From NCBI GenBank assembly GCA_051294375.1, contig CM119266.1:21093992-21157986 (forward strand): a stretch of DNA of 63,995 nucleotides, read 5' to 3'. The notes below the pieces were generated by a model, which was not told where the DNA came from, did no database searches, and was given only the letters and a program-made list of their open reading frames with translations. This DNA is from Paraspadella gotoi. Its lineage: Eukaryota > Animalia > Chaetognatha. Shown one piece after another: positions 12,700 to 26,882 of the stretch (its first letter is position 1; each line of letters starts with the position of its first letter). Position numbers and translations under genes: made by a program.

Positions 12700-12832
12700 A
12701 CTCTCTAATTAATGTGTAGAGCATTTTTGATAATGTTTTTCAAAGCTGATGAAGACTCGAATCCAACAGAGTCAAACATGTACTATGTAAATAAAAATCG
12801 TCTGTATTGGCATAACATAAACAATTCCTAAT
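12462..12832 (+). mobile_element. Penelope-like pseudo-LTR fragment with inverted 3' tail and hammerhead motif (12741-12787)
   Basis: 12462-12530 is the reverse complement of 12769-12832. caaag-CTGATGA-a-gactc..gagtc-AAA-catg-TA; the G of GAAA is missing in this copy. Confidence 0.7.
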
Positions 12833-13511
12833 TAAACATTATACATTATATATACATTATGTATAATATAATATATATATAATGTTATAATCTATACATT
12901 GATATATTCGCTTTAATCAATTTCGTCAACGTCGCTCGAAAAAGAGGACCAATCTTGATTTCTAGGTCGAATTCTTTCTTAAATTTATTTTCGGGAAAAT
13001 TGGATTCGGTTGACACGAGGGTCCCTGCCTCGACTGATGGCACCAAGTGGCAACAGAATCCTTCCATTAAGACTTTAAATAAAATAAGAAAAAAAAGAAG
13101 ATACAACTCGACAACATAAACACAACAACAACAAGAGCGCTTCGGTCGCAATAATATCATTTCGATCAGAGAGAAAAAAAACGCAAACTTTTCATTTTTT
13201 CAACGAAAAGTACAAATTATGTGTAGTCTAATTATTAAAAATATTAACGCTATTCATCCATGAGCCTTGTTACAAACAACTCATCCCATAAATAATCTCC
13301 TTGGACTTTTTAATGAATCGAAGCTTCATTTGTTTCCTCTTTCTCCGCCGTTAAATAGTTAATCATTTTATGATAACAGTAAATGAATCTCTCATACAGT
13401 CGCGCCGCCATTTTTGTGAAAGATTGAGGAAAAATTGAATTCATTATTGCGCGAGAGAGATAGAGAACTCCGACGGATACGTTCGCAAATGCCGTACGAG
13501 AGTAGCGAGAA

Positions 13512-13550
<39 letters not shown>

Positions 13551-14557
13551 GAGAGAGAGGAGAGAGAGAGGAGAGAGAGAGAGGAGAAAGATGAGAGAGA
13601 GAGAGAGAATTAATAGAGACCCAAAAATCCCATTTACCATCTAACTTTTTTAATCATCATCTTAGTCTTTCTGCCTCTCCTCTTCGTTTTCTTCTCCTTC
13701 TTCCTCCCAACCCATTGTTCCCTCAAATATCTTCCTTCTATTTTATGGCTCTCTTACCTTCTCTCCCTCCTTCTATCCTAACTTATCCCTCCCTCTATCC
13801 TCTATCCCTCCCTCTCCCATCCTTCTCTTCCATATTTTCAGCGTTTATCTTCTCTGTGGGATCATTTTGAGAGCAGGAAAGGGATCGTCTATATAAAACG
13901 ACTTTCCCGCGCATCTTTATTCTTAATTAGCGTTTTTTTTTTCTCTCTCTCTTCTCATTCTTTTCCATTTCTTCTTCTACTGTTCTTGTTTCTCTTCTGT
14001 CTTGCTTCTTGCGTCTCCTTCTCGTTCGGGCTTCTTCTCCCTTGCCAAATTATTTTCGCTAAAAGATTCTCATTCAAAAATGCAAAAACATTCTTGACAA
14101 ATGTATTTTGAAAAGAACAGAAAATGAATTTTTCCCCCCTTTTGCCGTTCGTGCCTGTACAAAAAGTTTGGAAATTAAAGGCGTTGTCTCGTTGTCGCGT
14201 CTTCGTTTCGTTCGTCGTCGTCGTCAAAGATACGACTCTTATCACTGCTTTCAAAATCAAATTTACAAACTTATAATTATCTAGACGCGAAAGTAAAAAA
14301 TACAAACAATTAAGAACTTTTTTTTTTGTGATGAAGTCGCTTTTGTTTCAAACTTTAAAAATGGTGTGGAAAAAAAGATACTTAGGTAGTATTGACTGCA
14401 AACTATGATTTATCTCTCTCTCTCTTTCTCTTACAGATTTACGAAAAAAATATTAAAATGGACAAAATGATAAATTTGGGGTTAAAGTCTCTTCCACTTT
14501 ATATGTCTCCGACACCTAAGAAGAAGGTTTAAAGGAATTTGTGTCTGTCTGTCTCTT

Positions 14558-14612
<55 letters not shown>

Positions 14613-15343
14613 CTCCTCTCTTCTCTAACTCCACCCCCTATCCCTCTCTTCTATCCGAAGGCCGATTCTGATTAAGCCATAAAAAGGCGACGCTTCAAAC
14701 GTGTGCCCAAAAATCATACCACAATTTAATGCTGACAACCATGAGGACGAGGAGGGAGAAAGAGAAAAGAGGGAGGAGGAAGAGAGGAAGCGAGAGCGAG
14801 ATTGGAGGAAAATTTATGGTCAAGAATGGAATTGGTGTGGTAAATAACAAAGGTCAAACTGCGACGGAATGAGGAGGGGTTTGCAGCAGTCCCTTTTTTT
14901 CTATTTTTTTAAGACAAAGTGACTCCTTTCTTTTGTTATATTGGAGAGAAAATATATATAGAATCTCAAATTCAAAAGACATAAAAAGAGACTGTAAATT
15001 GTTGTCTTCTTCCCTGTCTTGTGAATGATGAACAATTTTTTTTTAAAACGACGCTTAATAAATTTTTTAAATAAAAACTTTTTTTTTCACTACTTGATCC
15101 TTTTTATTGTTTTTTTGGTTTTTTAAACAGGAATATAATTCCCAGGCCACGAATGCCAAAAAAAAAGGGTTTTAAATTTCTTTCATTGCTTTTCAATTTC
15201 CTCAAAATAGGTGATCATTAAATGGCGTAAAATTTAACTTAATATTTTTAAACCAAAGCACGGTGGCGCCCCCCCACCCCCCCATTTTCTTTTGAAGGTT
15301 TCATCTTTAAATTTGAATTTTTTTAAGTTTGAGACGAGAGAGA

Positions 15344-15389
<46 letters not shown>

Positions 15390-15743
15390 GAGAGAGAGAG
15401 GAAAAGAAGACGAAGAGAGTTGAACGTACTTTCATAAAGGATCAAAAGTGAAGGTTTTATACTTTTTATCTTCAGGCACCCAACGCATCCAAATCATTTT
15501 AAACCTTCAATATCTGTGATAATCCGATTTTTAAAAAATCCCTTTTTTCGCATAAAAAGCGATAACGTTTAATATTATCTTTACGATCTTCGTAAATTAA
15601 TCTAATAACTATGATGACCCTAAAAGTGGATGAGCTGGGAAACTGATTATAAGCTAAAATGATTATATATTATTAACGTTTGAAGAAAAAAAACTTTTTA
15701 TTTTTTTTTTTTTTTTTTCGATTTTATGCTCAAAGAGTTGATG

Positions 15744-15781
<38 letters not shown>

Positions 15782-16581
15782 GTCTCTCTCTCTCTCTCTC
15801 TCCTCTCTCGTCTCTCTCTCTCTCTCCTCACGCCGGCTGACGATCTGATGAATTAAACAATCGTGCATCAAACTAAATCATTCATCAAGGAGGAGAAAAG
15901 GACGAAAGAAAGAAGGAAGAATTCATACGTCCTCTTTTTCTCATGAAAGTCAAATTCACTCCCTCTCTCTCTCTCTCTCGCTTAAAGTTTTTTTTTCTTT
16001 TTAAGTTTCGAAAACAAAAGATTTCTAAAAATTAAATTTCTCAAGTTTAATTTTCAATAAAGGGGAGTCCAAAATTTTAAATCATTATTTTGATATTATT
16101 ACTAGCAAGAATTTATTGTTGTATTCGAGCTTACCAAAATCTAAAAATTTTGATTATAGTAGTTTTTATTTTATAACAGGTCTGCTTAGACACGAATCAC
16201 CGAAAGGGATATTTTTTTATCATTTCCTAAAATTTATTTCCTATTTTTGGCGGAAAAAGAATAACTGGGTGCAGAACCGCGACGTCAGATTTTAAAAATA
16301 AAGCAATCGTTATAATTGTTAAAAACATGATATATAAAGCTTAGACAGATAACAGTTTAATCAAGTCAAAAGAGAAACCTGTAACTACGTTATCGTTGAC
16401 CCGAACCGAAAATGCCCCCCCCAAAAAAAAGGATTAAGACCCTAATTTGTGCCTAAAATTAGTTAAGTGACGTTGAATTCATAAAATTCTGATTTATGAT
16501 TCGGAGGAAAGAATTGAAGCTGGGGAGGAGAAATAGGAAGGAAAGTTCGCGCCAATCGAATTTGATTAGACAAGAAAAAGG

Positions 16582-16663
<82 letters not shown>

Positions 16664-17997
16664 GAGAATTCTCGGTGTCTGGCTTACATACTCTAGTATT
16701 TATACAGATGAAGGGAGAGAATAAAAAATATTTTTATTATTTTTTTTGTAAGTTACCCATGACTACCATTTACGTTTATTTTTTTAAAACCATCCAAAAT
16801 GTCATATTTTCTGAAACAGGGGCAGAAGATCAATCAACTTTAAACGTTTATTTTTTAACCATTTGTATTTACATGTTAAACTATGAGGTTTATACATAAT
16901 TCAGATAATAAACATCGTGAATTGTTGAACATTAAATTTTAAATAGAAATCAGAATAACACGGTAGTCATTGACTATCGCCCTTGCAAGAAGGCAAAGGT
17001 AGAAACCTTTTTAAATTAATAACTTCCGAAACGAACTCTTTCACGGCTTCACTCGACCCGAAAAAAAAGGAACTCTCTCCAAAAACTCATTTAAATATTG
17101 AATTAGGCGAAAAGCTGGTAATTTACGAATCGAGGGCAGGAATCGCATTCCACTTGATGCTTCGTGAAATTCAAAACGGGAATTTTATGTACAGCTTTTT
17201 TTTTTTTTTTTGGTTTTTTTTGTTTTGTTTTTTTTTTAACTTAAGAAATAGGGTAATAATGGCTAAAAAACGGATACATGATCATTACCAGATATCACCG
17301 GTATTCTTTTGAATTTATCGAAATCTTTTTCCTGTTTTCAATTATGTCGAATTCTGATTTCAAATCCCGCTGTTTCTATCCTCACGTGATTAGATTTTGA
17401 GTTTGTTACATAAATCACAGAATCTTCTGATCTCATTCGATTAAAAAAAAAAAAAAAGAGCATCTTAATCGGCGTAATTCTCTTCCTCTTTCTTACTGTC
17501 TTCACTCTCTTTCTCTCTTTCTCTCTCTCTCACTCTCTTTCTCGCTTTCACTCGCTTTCTCTCGCTAACTACGAAATTACTAGAGCCTACTAGACGTATT
17601 AATTATTATTTCAGTTCCCTCAGATGTAAGAAAAGGAAATAACGTCTGATTGTCCAATCAGCGTCTTCTTCACTCCCTCCACCAATCAGAATTCTGAACG
17701 TATCTCGTAAACGGTCTCAACTTCGCGAACGTGCGGTCGTTGGCGTATCGCATCTGTCGTCAACGTCGTCATAGCAACCCTGGCGCCGATCCGAATTTAA
17801 TTAAGAAAAAAAGAAAAAGCCAGGAGGTGTTGGTGGGCGGTGTTATTTTATGAATTTTTTTCTTCACCCCGTTTTTTTTTTTGAAGAGGAACGGCAATAT
17901 TCTGCATTAATCTCATAATCTGCAACTAAGTTTAGCATAGCCTTCTAGTTTGATTCATATCTATAATTTTTTTTTTTAATTTTTTTTTTAAATCGAG

Positions 17998-18258
17998 TGT
18001 GGCGAATCCCAAATTCGCCCCCCGTATAGCTTGTATAGCTTGACGCTAGTACTGTTCACAACCGTGAGTTCCGGGTTCAATCCCGCACGGTCACGCTGGT
18101 AAAGTGTGCTGTTGACGGCAAAAACACGCAGTGACTTGGGGTGGTCCTGCAGGTCCAAATCCCTGAGCGCCATCTGTCGTGAGATGCCTCACACGCCGCG
18201 CATCACGAATGTCTCCCAGTTTCCATACAAACCTATATAAACAGCATTCGCCCCCTAT
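17998..18258 (+). mobile_element. Family C element (duplicate of 29907-30175), with B-box and decayed twister at ~18094-18169
   Basis: gggttcaatccc B-box; collinear with the second copy. Confidence 0.65.
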
Positions 18259-18910
18259 CTTTTATTGATTCACCTTTCAGTTCCTCATAACAGTATGCCA
18301 GTGCAAATGTAATATACTTTTCCCTCATGGAATGCGTAATTTGACAAATCATTGAAGTGGAACAAACTGGGTATTAGGCCGAACAGGTTGAAACTAGAAG
18401 TTCTCTCAAATAGATAATGACTTAAGAGAATATGAAAATGAAAATAGTTTTAAAGATTTAACTTATAGATAAGCCACAGAAGCATTTAAAAATTATTTAT
18501 TTTTAATTTTTTTTATTTTTTATGGATTCTAATAAATCTTAAAAGTTATAAGAAGGTTATTATTTACAACTTTTTAAAATTTTTGTTCTTTATAGATAAC
18601 AATTTTAAAAAACTATAAATTCAGTTATTGAAGATGAATTTTTTAAGGTTTTTTATATTTTGAACCCGCCTGTTATTGGCCTCTTAATTCAACCGGTTTC
18701 AAGACAAAAATCAAGTAAGGGACTCATTAAATTCATGAAACTTGATTTAACGGTGTGCTCTTCTTTTTTTCAGTTATCTAACCCTCCATTCACTTCCCCA
18801 GTTCAAATCGTCCAAGATCCTACATTAAATTGGTTTCTCTAGTTTTAAAAACATTGTTCCATCCGTCCTTACAAATAGCGATTAAATAATATTAAATACG
18901 ATCTCTCAAA

Positions 18911-21863
18911 ATGAACGAGACGCCGCATTTTTTTTCGGGCGATTCTGCGGAAACTCTCCGTTTTGGACCCGGCTAACTCGTGGTACACCCCGGCCCCAGT
19001 CTGACCTCTGCTTCCTCGACGTGATCCCGCTGGATCCTTCCGTCTACTACTCTGCAGCCTGCTGCTCCGCCCCGGCCTGCTGACGCTGACGGGCGTCCGA
19101 GTCGAGCCACTCAAAGAACGAAAAAATCCAAATCCTCAACGTCGCCGAAACAATTGGCGAATGCTGTCGTCATGCAACTGCGATTCGCGCGAATGGCGAT
19201 TATGGCGGAAGGGTCGTCCATTGGGTAAGGAGTTAGAGTATTTAGCGCTTAATAGGATCTCGCTAGTCTTGTTACTTTGTTACTCTATACTAAATTTGCC
19301 ATCGCCCCCGTCCTTTAGAACTCCATCCTTCTTCGCCTCCGCCGCCCCGTTCGTCGACGGCGCTATGACCTTGGCCTGCACGCCCTCCTCATCATCCTCA
19401 TCGACTTGTCGAGATTTCAAAAGAGCCGCCGATGTGTCTTCTATTTTGGGACGATTCACTTACTCTGCCAAATCTACCGTTTCAACATTAATTCGGGTCT
19501 CGCGGGACTCTGGCCTTTCAAAATGAGAACGTAGAAGAGGAATAGCGATCACTACTTTTTTTACCGTGCAGCATCGACTGTAGCCTCTTGTTGAATTGCG
19601 TCGAAACAGCGATGGGTAAGAAGTTAAATTACTTATCATTCCTCTGCCTTTTTTAAAGCAGAAATGTTTTTAATTGTTAAATTCGAAGTTCGAATAGCGA
19701 GAGCTTCAAATTAGAAACGTAAAATGAGAGATTTACTGGTAGGAAAAAAAATGAAGATTTATACAAACACAATATTTTATAGTCATAATTTTTTTTTTTT
19801 TTTTTTTTTTTTTTTGCCTGTTTTCTCCATTTTAAGCGCGACATCACTTTGGTGCAGCCAGTGAGTTTCATAAGTGGACTTACTTCTGGCTCGTTCCTCT
19901 CTTCAGAAAGGGGTTCAAGTCCCTTGACCCAGCCGATTTGATGATGATTTCCCTCCAACTTTAAATTAAGTTTCTCATGAAACAATTTTACAAGATAAGT
20001 TGTCGAAAAACCTTTCTTCTCAGTGAAAGAACAGACTTCTGAACTTTGGAAACGCGCTTTACTGTTGATAGACGTCACATATCTATGGCCCAAGCAATGT
20101 TTTCATGTCACAAAAGTAAAATTATTACTATCTTTACAATCCGAATAATTTACGTGATGATCAGCGTTTTTAAACCTCTGCAATTGGAGTGCTGGTCAAC
20201 CACGTGTCTGCAGACCGATGATGAAGTCGCTGACCCAATTCACAGAGAATGGCGATGAAAGGATAGCTCTACGCATTCTTTCTTTTCTTTTAGCTTTTAT
20301 TGAAGCAATAACTCATATAATTACTGTGTTATAGCTTCAGTTGGGGACTCAAAGTGCAGTACGCCCTGATTGTCGCCATTTACGAAGAAGAGCCTCAATC
20401 TCACAGCTGCAGTCCGACGTCATTCACAATTGGGGAGATCGTTAATTTGGTTGGCATAGACGCTCGCCGATGCTTTTTCGGATTCAAATAATAGTCGCGG
20501 CGACTTTTGTACCACTGATATTTTCATTTGCTGTTGTTACTTTAATCCCAGATTTGGCGTTGCGTCATTGGCCGGCGTTGCTTGTTCGTGGCGTTTAGTA
20601 CCTTTGATAATGTTTTAAGTATAAAGTAAAAGGCTTGCAGGAAGTGCACATAAAATATAAAAACGAGAGAGTAAATACAATGAATAGAAATAATCAACAA
20701 CATCAAAGTCATTAAATTTTATACTTGGGAAAATCCGTTCTCCGATAGAATAGCAAAGTCCGAAAAGACGAAATAACTCTGTTCAGAAAGGAGTTGTTTC
20801 TTAAGCCGTGATGTTTGCCCTTTTTACCGCATCATCGTATTGATCAGTGTCATCTGTTTCACTGTATTCGTTTTGTCCTCTGAAGAAAACATTCTCACCG
20901 CGGAAAAGGTATTTGTACCCTTACACTTTCACTGCATTCAGTACGCTGTGGATCATTCCAGTCACCGTGCAAACCCTAATTCACACATTCATTTCTGTGA
21001 GACGCATCAAAAAATTCTTCTCCAGCGACGAGATAGAACCTCATATAGATCACGATGTCGCAGACGGCATCGCCGTCCGAGTTGAAAACGCATCTTTCTC
21101 GTGGATGAAGATTCGAAAATCTTTCCAAGGATTAACTTTCAGCTCAATGCTGGAAGCATGTCAGCCATTGTTGGACCCGTCGGAGCTGGCAAAACTGCCA
21201 TTCTGAAATCTTCTTGGAGAATGAACAAGGTTTCCGGGAAAGGTGAGCATGTTGGAGAACGTGGCCTATGTGTCCCACAGCCTTGGATACAAAACGGAAC
21301 TTGAAGGAAAATGTTCTTTCGGAAAGGCGTTCAATCGCGCCAAATACGAGTCTGTCATCAAGCCTGACGCCTTGGAGAACCGATTTGGCGGTCTTACCCG
21401 CAAGGATGAACGGAGATCGGCGAAAGAGGAATCATTTGTCCGGCGGACAAAAGCTTCGAGTTTCTCTCGCCAGAGCCATCTACGCCGACGCGGGATTTGT
21501 ATCTCCTCGAGATCCGCTCTCCGCCGTCGACGTCCACGTTTGGGAAGCACATTCGATCAGGTATTATCCTCTCGCGGTTTGTTAGGCAGGAAGAGTCGGA
21601 TAATTTGTAACAAACGTTTTGAAGTACTTGTCGTCGATGGACAATGTTATATCAATCAATGAAGGAAAAATTGCGGATATTGGACGCTTACCCGATTTGA
21701 GAAGGAGAAGGTCGATACCTGTTATATCTTTGAATGAGGAATCAAATACTGAGAGAAAAACGCGAGGCAAAGCGCGATTAAGCAAGAATACTGTGGATGG
21801 AAAGCTCCTTACCGTGGAAGAAGCACAACGTGGCAGTATCAGCTATCGAACCTACCTCAGTAT
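18911..21863 (+). pseudogene. Frameshifted, 3'-truncated copy of the ABCC/MRP gene, probably an unpolished haplotype duplicate
   Basis: Near-identical to 30843-33850 including introns, with many 1-bp indels and few substitutions; ends at an N gap. Confidence 0.75.
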
Positions 21864-22882
21864 NNNNNNNNNNNNNNNNNNNNNNNNNAGAAGATTCTCT
21901 AACGTAGGAGAGAAATTGATAAAAATTTGAGTTTCTGTGTGGGAAGAAATTCTAGGTGTGGGCCGAGGTTGGGAATAGTTTGTGGGGCGGCTGAAAAAAA
22001 AAAACATTTTCGGAAAATATTTTTGGGTTAAATTAATGGTTCATGTGTCTAGAAATGTATATATTTGACCAAAAAAACATTTTAAAAAACTACCAAAAAA
22101 AATATGAATCGTCAAAGTTTTGCATTGAGAGTTTTTATCAATGAGAAAATTTGTTGAAGCCGAGGACGCGATTAGAATTCTTCAACGTGATTATATTATG
22201 TTCATGATTAATATGGGAATATATATAATGTAAACATTGTATTATTTTCTCTCTTTTCGTTGCTATGAATATTTAGGAATTGTTTATTGTTTGCCAATTT
22301 ACAACGGATTTTTACATCTCAAACTAAAACCTCGTACGGTTTTAAAAGATCGTTTATTCGAATCGAAAAAGATTCTTACCGCGTCCGAAATCGTTTTTTT
22401 CGTGTTTTTTTATTTTCTTTTTGCTGTACCTTGCCATCAACAATCCGTTCAAAGAAAACAGTTTCCAAGACATTTTGAAAAAATAACTACTGGAGGTTTC
22501 AACTTACAACCCAAATTCATTGTTTTTTTGGAATATCTTTTCAGTATTGTTATTTTAAATATGTTTTAAATAAACGTTTGATTTGACAAAGAATTTACCT
22601 GTTAGATAAAATTATCATTTTTTAAGATTATAAAGTATTGCAGTTGGTAAAATATTGGAATGAGAGTTTGACCCGCACTTGTTATTCATAACTCGTCAAC
22701 GAAAAACTTATATAATAATTTTTTTTGCGCTTTCATTGTTTTAATCAGGTTTTTGATTAAATTATGATTAGTGAAACTGGATATCAAAAAACAAAGTTGG
22801 AGCAAACAATGTTCGGATCTGCTTACGATAATTAACTAATCAGCTAATCAGATGATAAATCAAATTTTTTAAATCTTTTTTA

Positions 22883-23002
22883 ACTCGCATTCATTTTTTT
22901 CACTCAATCATTTTTCAACTCATATCATTTTTCAATTTGCATCATTTTAAAATTCGCATCATTTTTCAACTTTTGTATCATTTTTTTAACTTGCATCTTT
23001 TT
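22883..23002. repeat. Degenerate ~18-19 bp tandem repeat (caactcgcatcattttt-like) inside the TIR element
   Basis: About 6-7 imperfect units are visible. Confidence 0.7.
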
Positions 23003-23674
23003 CTTAACTATGCAGATCCGACATTGTTTTGCTTAAAACTTGCTTTAAAAAAGATTTTAAAAGAAAGTTAATAAATTTTGGTTTCACGTTGGTTTCCATT
23101 TTCTCCTTGGTTTGCAGCCTCATCACTTGCCCGCATCTCGATGCGTCACAACTTCCAGTCTCGCGAGTTCCTTGTTCCAACGCTTCTCTTTTTTCTCGGC
23201 CCATCGCCCTCAGAAGATTTGTCTCTCTTCGCTGGGTTCAGCCACCTCTTCATTCGTTCACTGTCAAGAAAGGCGCGGCGACCCTGGCTCGCTCTTTGTT
23301 TGGATTTGGCTTGCCGCTGCACGGTTTTTCTCTTCGGCCACTCCTAAAGACGCAGCGTTTGCCAGATCTTCCTGAAGCGGTCGTCTCTGACCGCTTCTGG
23401 TTTACTTTTGATATTTGACATTTAAAATTGTTCAAAAATATTTTTTTCATTATAATTTGATTCTTTTTCACTTAATTATTTCGTTTAACTTATTCGTAGT
23501 GTGCTGGCTAAAAAAAATTATGATAAAATGCTAATAATTATAATTTGTTTTATGCCATTACCATAGTAACTAAAATAATTAATGTTAACCATAGGCATAG
23601 CGGAACTTTACAAAGCAAAATGCGAATGAGATTGAAACCATTTAAATCTACAGCATGTGCAATTGAATTGTAAA

Positions 23675-23911
23675 TATTCTTTGAAACATTATTCGACTTC
23701 CTTTGATAAGGAAGCCAGTTACTTGGGAGTGTTATAAACCAGACTGTGAGTGAGTCGTTCATTAAAAGGCTTGCAGCAGACCTGCCATCATATTCTGTAA
23801 GAGTGATGGGGCCTTAAACCACCAAAACCTGTTTCTAAGAATGGGCAAGATAGTCTTAATTATTTAAATGAATGGATAAATTTTATATTAGTTGGGGGGA
23901 CAATTTTCATA
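23675..23911 (+). mobile_element. Diverged family A copy nested in the TIR element
   Basis: taagagtgatggggccttaaaccaccaaaacctg...ggcaagatag...aaatgaatggataa. Confidence 0.75.
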
Positions 23912-24155
23912 TTACATTTTTGTTTAAAAATATTTTCTCATTATAAAAATTATAATTGGAATTTATAAGATCGAAAACTTTAACAAAAACGAAATCGATT
24001 TTTTAAAAATTTTTTAAATTTTTTATTATCGATCGGAATTCGCGTAACGAATAAAACTTCGTTAAGCGAAAAAAATCATTTATTATATTAGCCGATGTTT
24101 TGTTAAAAACGTACGAGGTTTGTTCGACGATGGTCATTTACATAGTTACATGTTT

Positions 24156-24189
<34 letters not shown>

Positions 24190-24302
24190 ACTTTTCACCA
24201 TTTCAAAATTATCTTTCTTCTCTGTTCTTACCTTCACCTGTCCTCTCATCTGGCCACTGTCCTTTACTCAGCCCTTTGTTGGAAACTCTCCCTCAATCTC
24301 TC

Positions 24303-24338
<36 letters not shown>

Positions 24339-24372
24339 CTTAATTGTGTAGAGCATTTTTGATAATGTTTTT

Positions 24373-24419
24373 CAAAGCTGATGAAGACTCGAATCAACAG
24401 AGTCGAAACATGTACTTTG
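24373..24419 (+). ncRNA. Minimal type I hammerhead ribozyme, Penelope-type
   Basis: Stem I caaag/ctttg; CTGATGA 24378-24384 plus an extra A; stem II gactc/gagtc; GAAA 24405-24408; palindromic acatgt stem III; GUA cleavage triplet ending 24414; followed by an aataaa-containing tail. Confidence 0.85.
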
Positions 24420-26084
24420 TAAATAAAAATCGTTGTATTGGCCAACAATAAACAATTCCTAATGTAAACATATTACATATATTACATTATGTATACATAT
24501 ATATTATATAATGGTATAAATCATACATTGTATATATTCGCTTTAATCAATTTCGTCAACGTCGCTCGAAAAAGAGGACAATCTTGATTTCTAGGTCGAA
24601 TTCTTTCTTAAATTTTATTTTCGGGAATTGGATTCGGTTGACACGAGGGTCCCTGTCCTCGACCTGATGGCACCAAGTGGCACAGAATCCTTCCATTAAG
24701 ACTTTAAATAAAATAAGAAAAAAAAAGAAGATACAACGACAACATAAACAACAACAACAACAAGAGCCGCTTCGTCGCCAATAATATCATTTTCGATCAG
24801 AGAGAAAAAAACGCAAACTTTTCATTTTTCAACGAAAGTACAAATTATGGTGTAGTCTAATATTAAAAATATTAACGCTATCATCCCATGAGCCTTGTTA
24901 CAAACAACTCATCCCATAAATAAATCTCCTTGACTTTTTTAATGAATCGAAGCTTCATTGTTCCTCTTTCCTCCGCCGTTAATAGTTAATCATTTTTATG
25001 ATAACAGTAAATGATCTCTCATACAGTCGCGCCGCCATTTTGTGAAAGATGAGAAAATTGAATTCATTAATTGCGCGAGAGAGATAGAGAACTCCGACGT
25101 GGATACGTGCGCAAATGCACGTACGAGAGAGAGAGAGAGGAGAGAGGGAGAGAGAAGAGAGAGAGAGGAGAGTAGAAACGAGAATTAATAGAGACCCAAA
25201 AAATCCATTTACCATCTAACTTTTTAATCATCATCTTAGTCTTTCTTCTCCTCTCGTTTTCTTTCTCCTTCTCTCCATCCCTCAAATTCTTCTCTCCATG
25301 CTCTCCTATCCTTCTCTCCCTTCCTTCTATCCTACTATCCCTCCCTTCTATCCCTCTATCCCTCCCTCTCCCATCCTTCTCTCCATATTTTCAGGCGTTT
25401 ATCTTCTCTGGGATCATTTTGAGAGACAGGAAAGGATCGTCTATATAACGACTTTCCCCGCATCTTTATTCTTATTAGCGTTTTTTTTTCTCTCTCTCTT
25501 CTCTTTCTCTTCATTTCTTCTTCTACCTGTTCTTGTTTCTCTTCTTTCTTCTTCTTCGTCTCCTTCTCGTTCGGCTTCTTCTTCCCTTTGCCAAATTAAT
25601 TTCGCTAAAAGAATTCTCATCCAAAAATGTCAAAAACATTTCCTTGACAAATGTATTTTGGAGAAAGAACAAGAAAATGAATTTTTCCCCCCTTTTGCCG
25701 TTCGTGCCTGTAAAAAAGTTTGGGAAATTAAAGGGTTGGTCGTCGTTGTCGTCGTCTTCGTCGTCGTCAAAGATACGACGTCTTCATCACCTGCTTTCAA
25801 AAATCAATTTACAAACTTGATAATTATCTAGACGCGAAAGTAATAAAATACAAACAATTAAGAACTTTTTTTTTGTGATGAAGTTCGCTTTTGTTTCAAA
25901 CTTTAAAAAATGGGTGTGGAAAAAAAGATACTTAGGTAGTATGACTGCAACTATGAATTTTATCTCTCTCTCTCTTTCTCTTACAGATTTACGAAAATAT
26001 TAAAATGACAAAATGATAAAATGGTAAAAGTCTCCTTCCACTTTATATGGTCTCTGACACCTAAGAAGAGGTTTAAAGAATTTG

Positions 26085-26162
<78 letters not shown>

Positions 26163-26847
26163 ACTCCACCCCCTTTCCTCTCTCTATCCGAAGGCGATTC
26201 CTGATTAAAGCCATAAAAAGGCGACGCTTCAAACGTGTGCCCAAAATCAGATCACAATTTAATGCTGACGAACCCATGAGGACGAGGAGGGAGAAGAGGA
26301 AGAGGAGGAGGAAGAGGAGGAAGCGAGAGCGAGATTGGAGGAAAATTTATGGTCAAGAATGGAATTGGTGTGGTAAATACAAGGTCAAACTGCGACGGAA
26401 TGAGGAGGGGTTGCAGCAGTCCCTTTTTTTTTTTCTATTTTTTTAAGACAAAGTGACTCTCTTTTCTTTGTATATTTGATGAGAAAATATATATAGAATC
26501 ATCAAACTTCAAAAGACATAAAAGGAGACTGTAAATTTTGTCTTCTTTCCCTGTCTTGTGATTGATGAACAATTTTTTTTTTAAAACGACGCTTAATAAA
26601 TTTTTTAAAAAAAACTTTTTTTTTCATTTCTTGATCCTTTTTATTGTTTTTTTGGTTTTTTAACCGGAATATATTTCCCAGGCATCGATGCCAAAAAAAA
26701 AAGGGTTTTAAATTCTTTCATGTTTTTCAATTTCCTCAAAATAGGTGATTCATTAAATGGCGTAAAATTTAACTTAATATTTTAAGACAAAGCACGGTGG
26801 CGGTTTTCTTTTGAAGGTTTCATCTTTAAATTTGAATATTTTTTAAG

Positions 26848-26882
<35 letters not shown>

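Larger units (their letters stand above)
12109..21863 (+). repeat. ~9.7 kb block duplicated directly at 21889-~33850
   Basis: agaagattctctaacgtagg starts both copies; they are collinear up to the 25-N gap at 21864-21888 and differ mostly by single-base indels plus two insertions. Confidence 0.95.
22315..24132. mobile_element. ~1.8 kb non-autonomous DNA transposon-like insertion with imperfect ~40 bp TIRs
   Basis: Left catctcaaactaaaacctcgtacggttttaa versus right ttaaaaacgtacgaggtttgttcgacgatg. Absent from the homologous site near 12502. TSD not resolved. Confidence 0.7.

Noticed and set aside
18911-21863. Genuine tandem ABCC paralogue
   Set aside because: Near-identity extends through introns and ~7 kb of flank, differences are mostly indels, and the copy ends at a gap; an uncollapsed haplotype is more likely.
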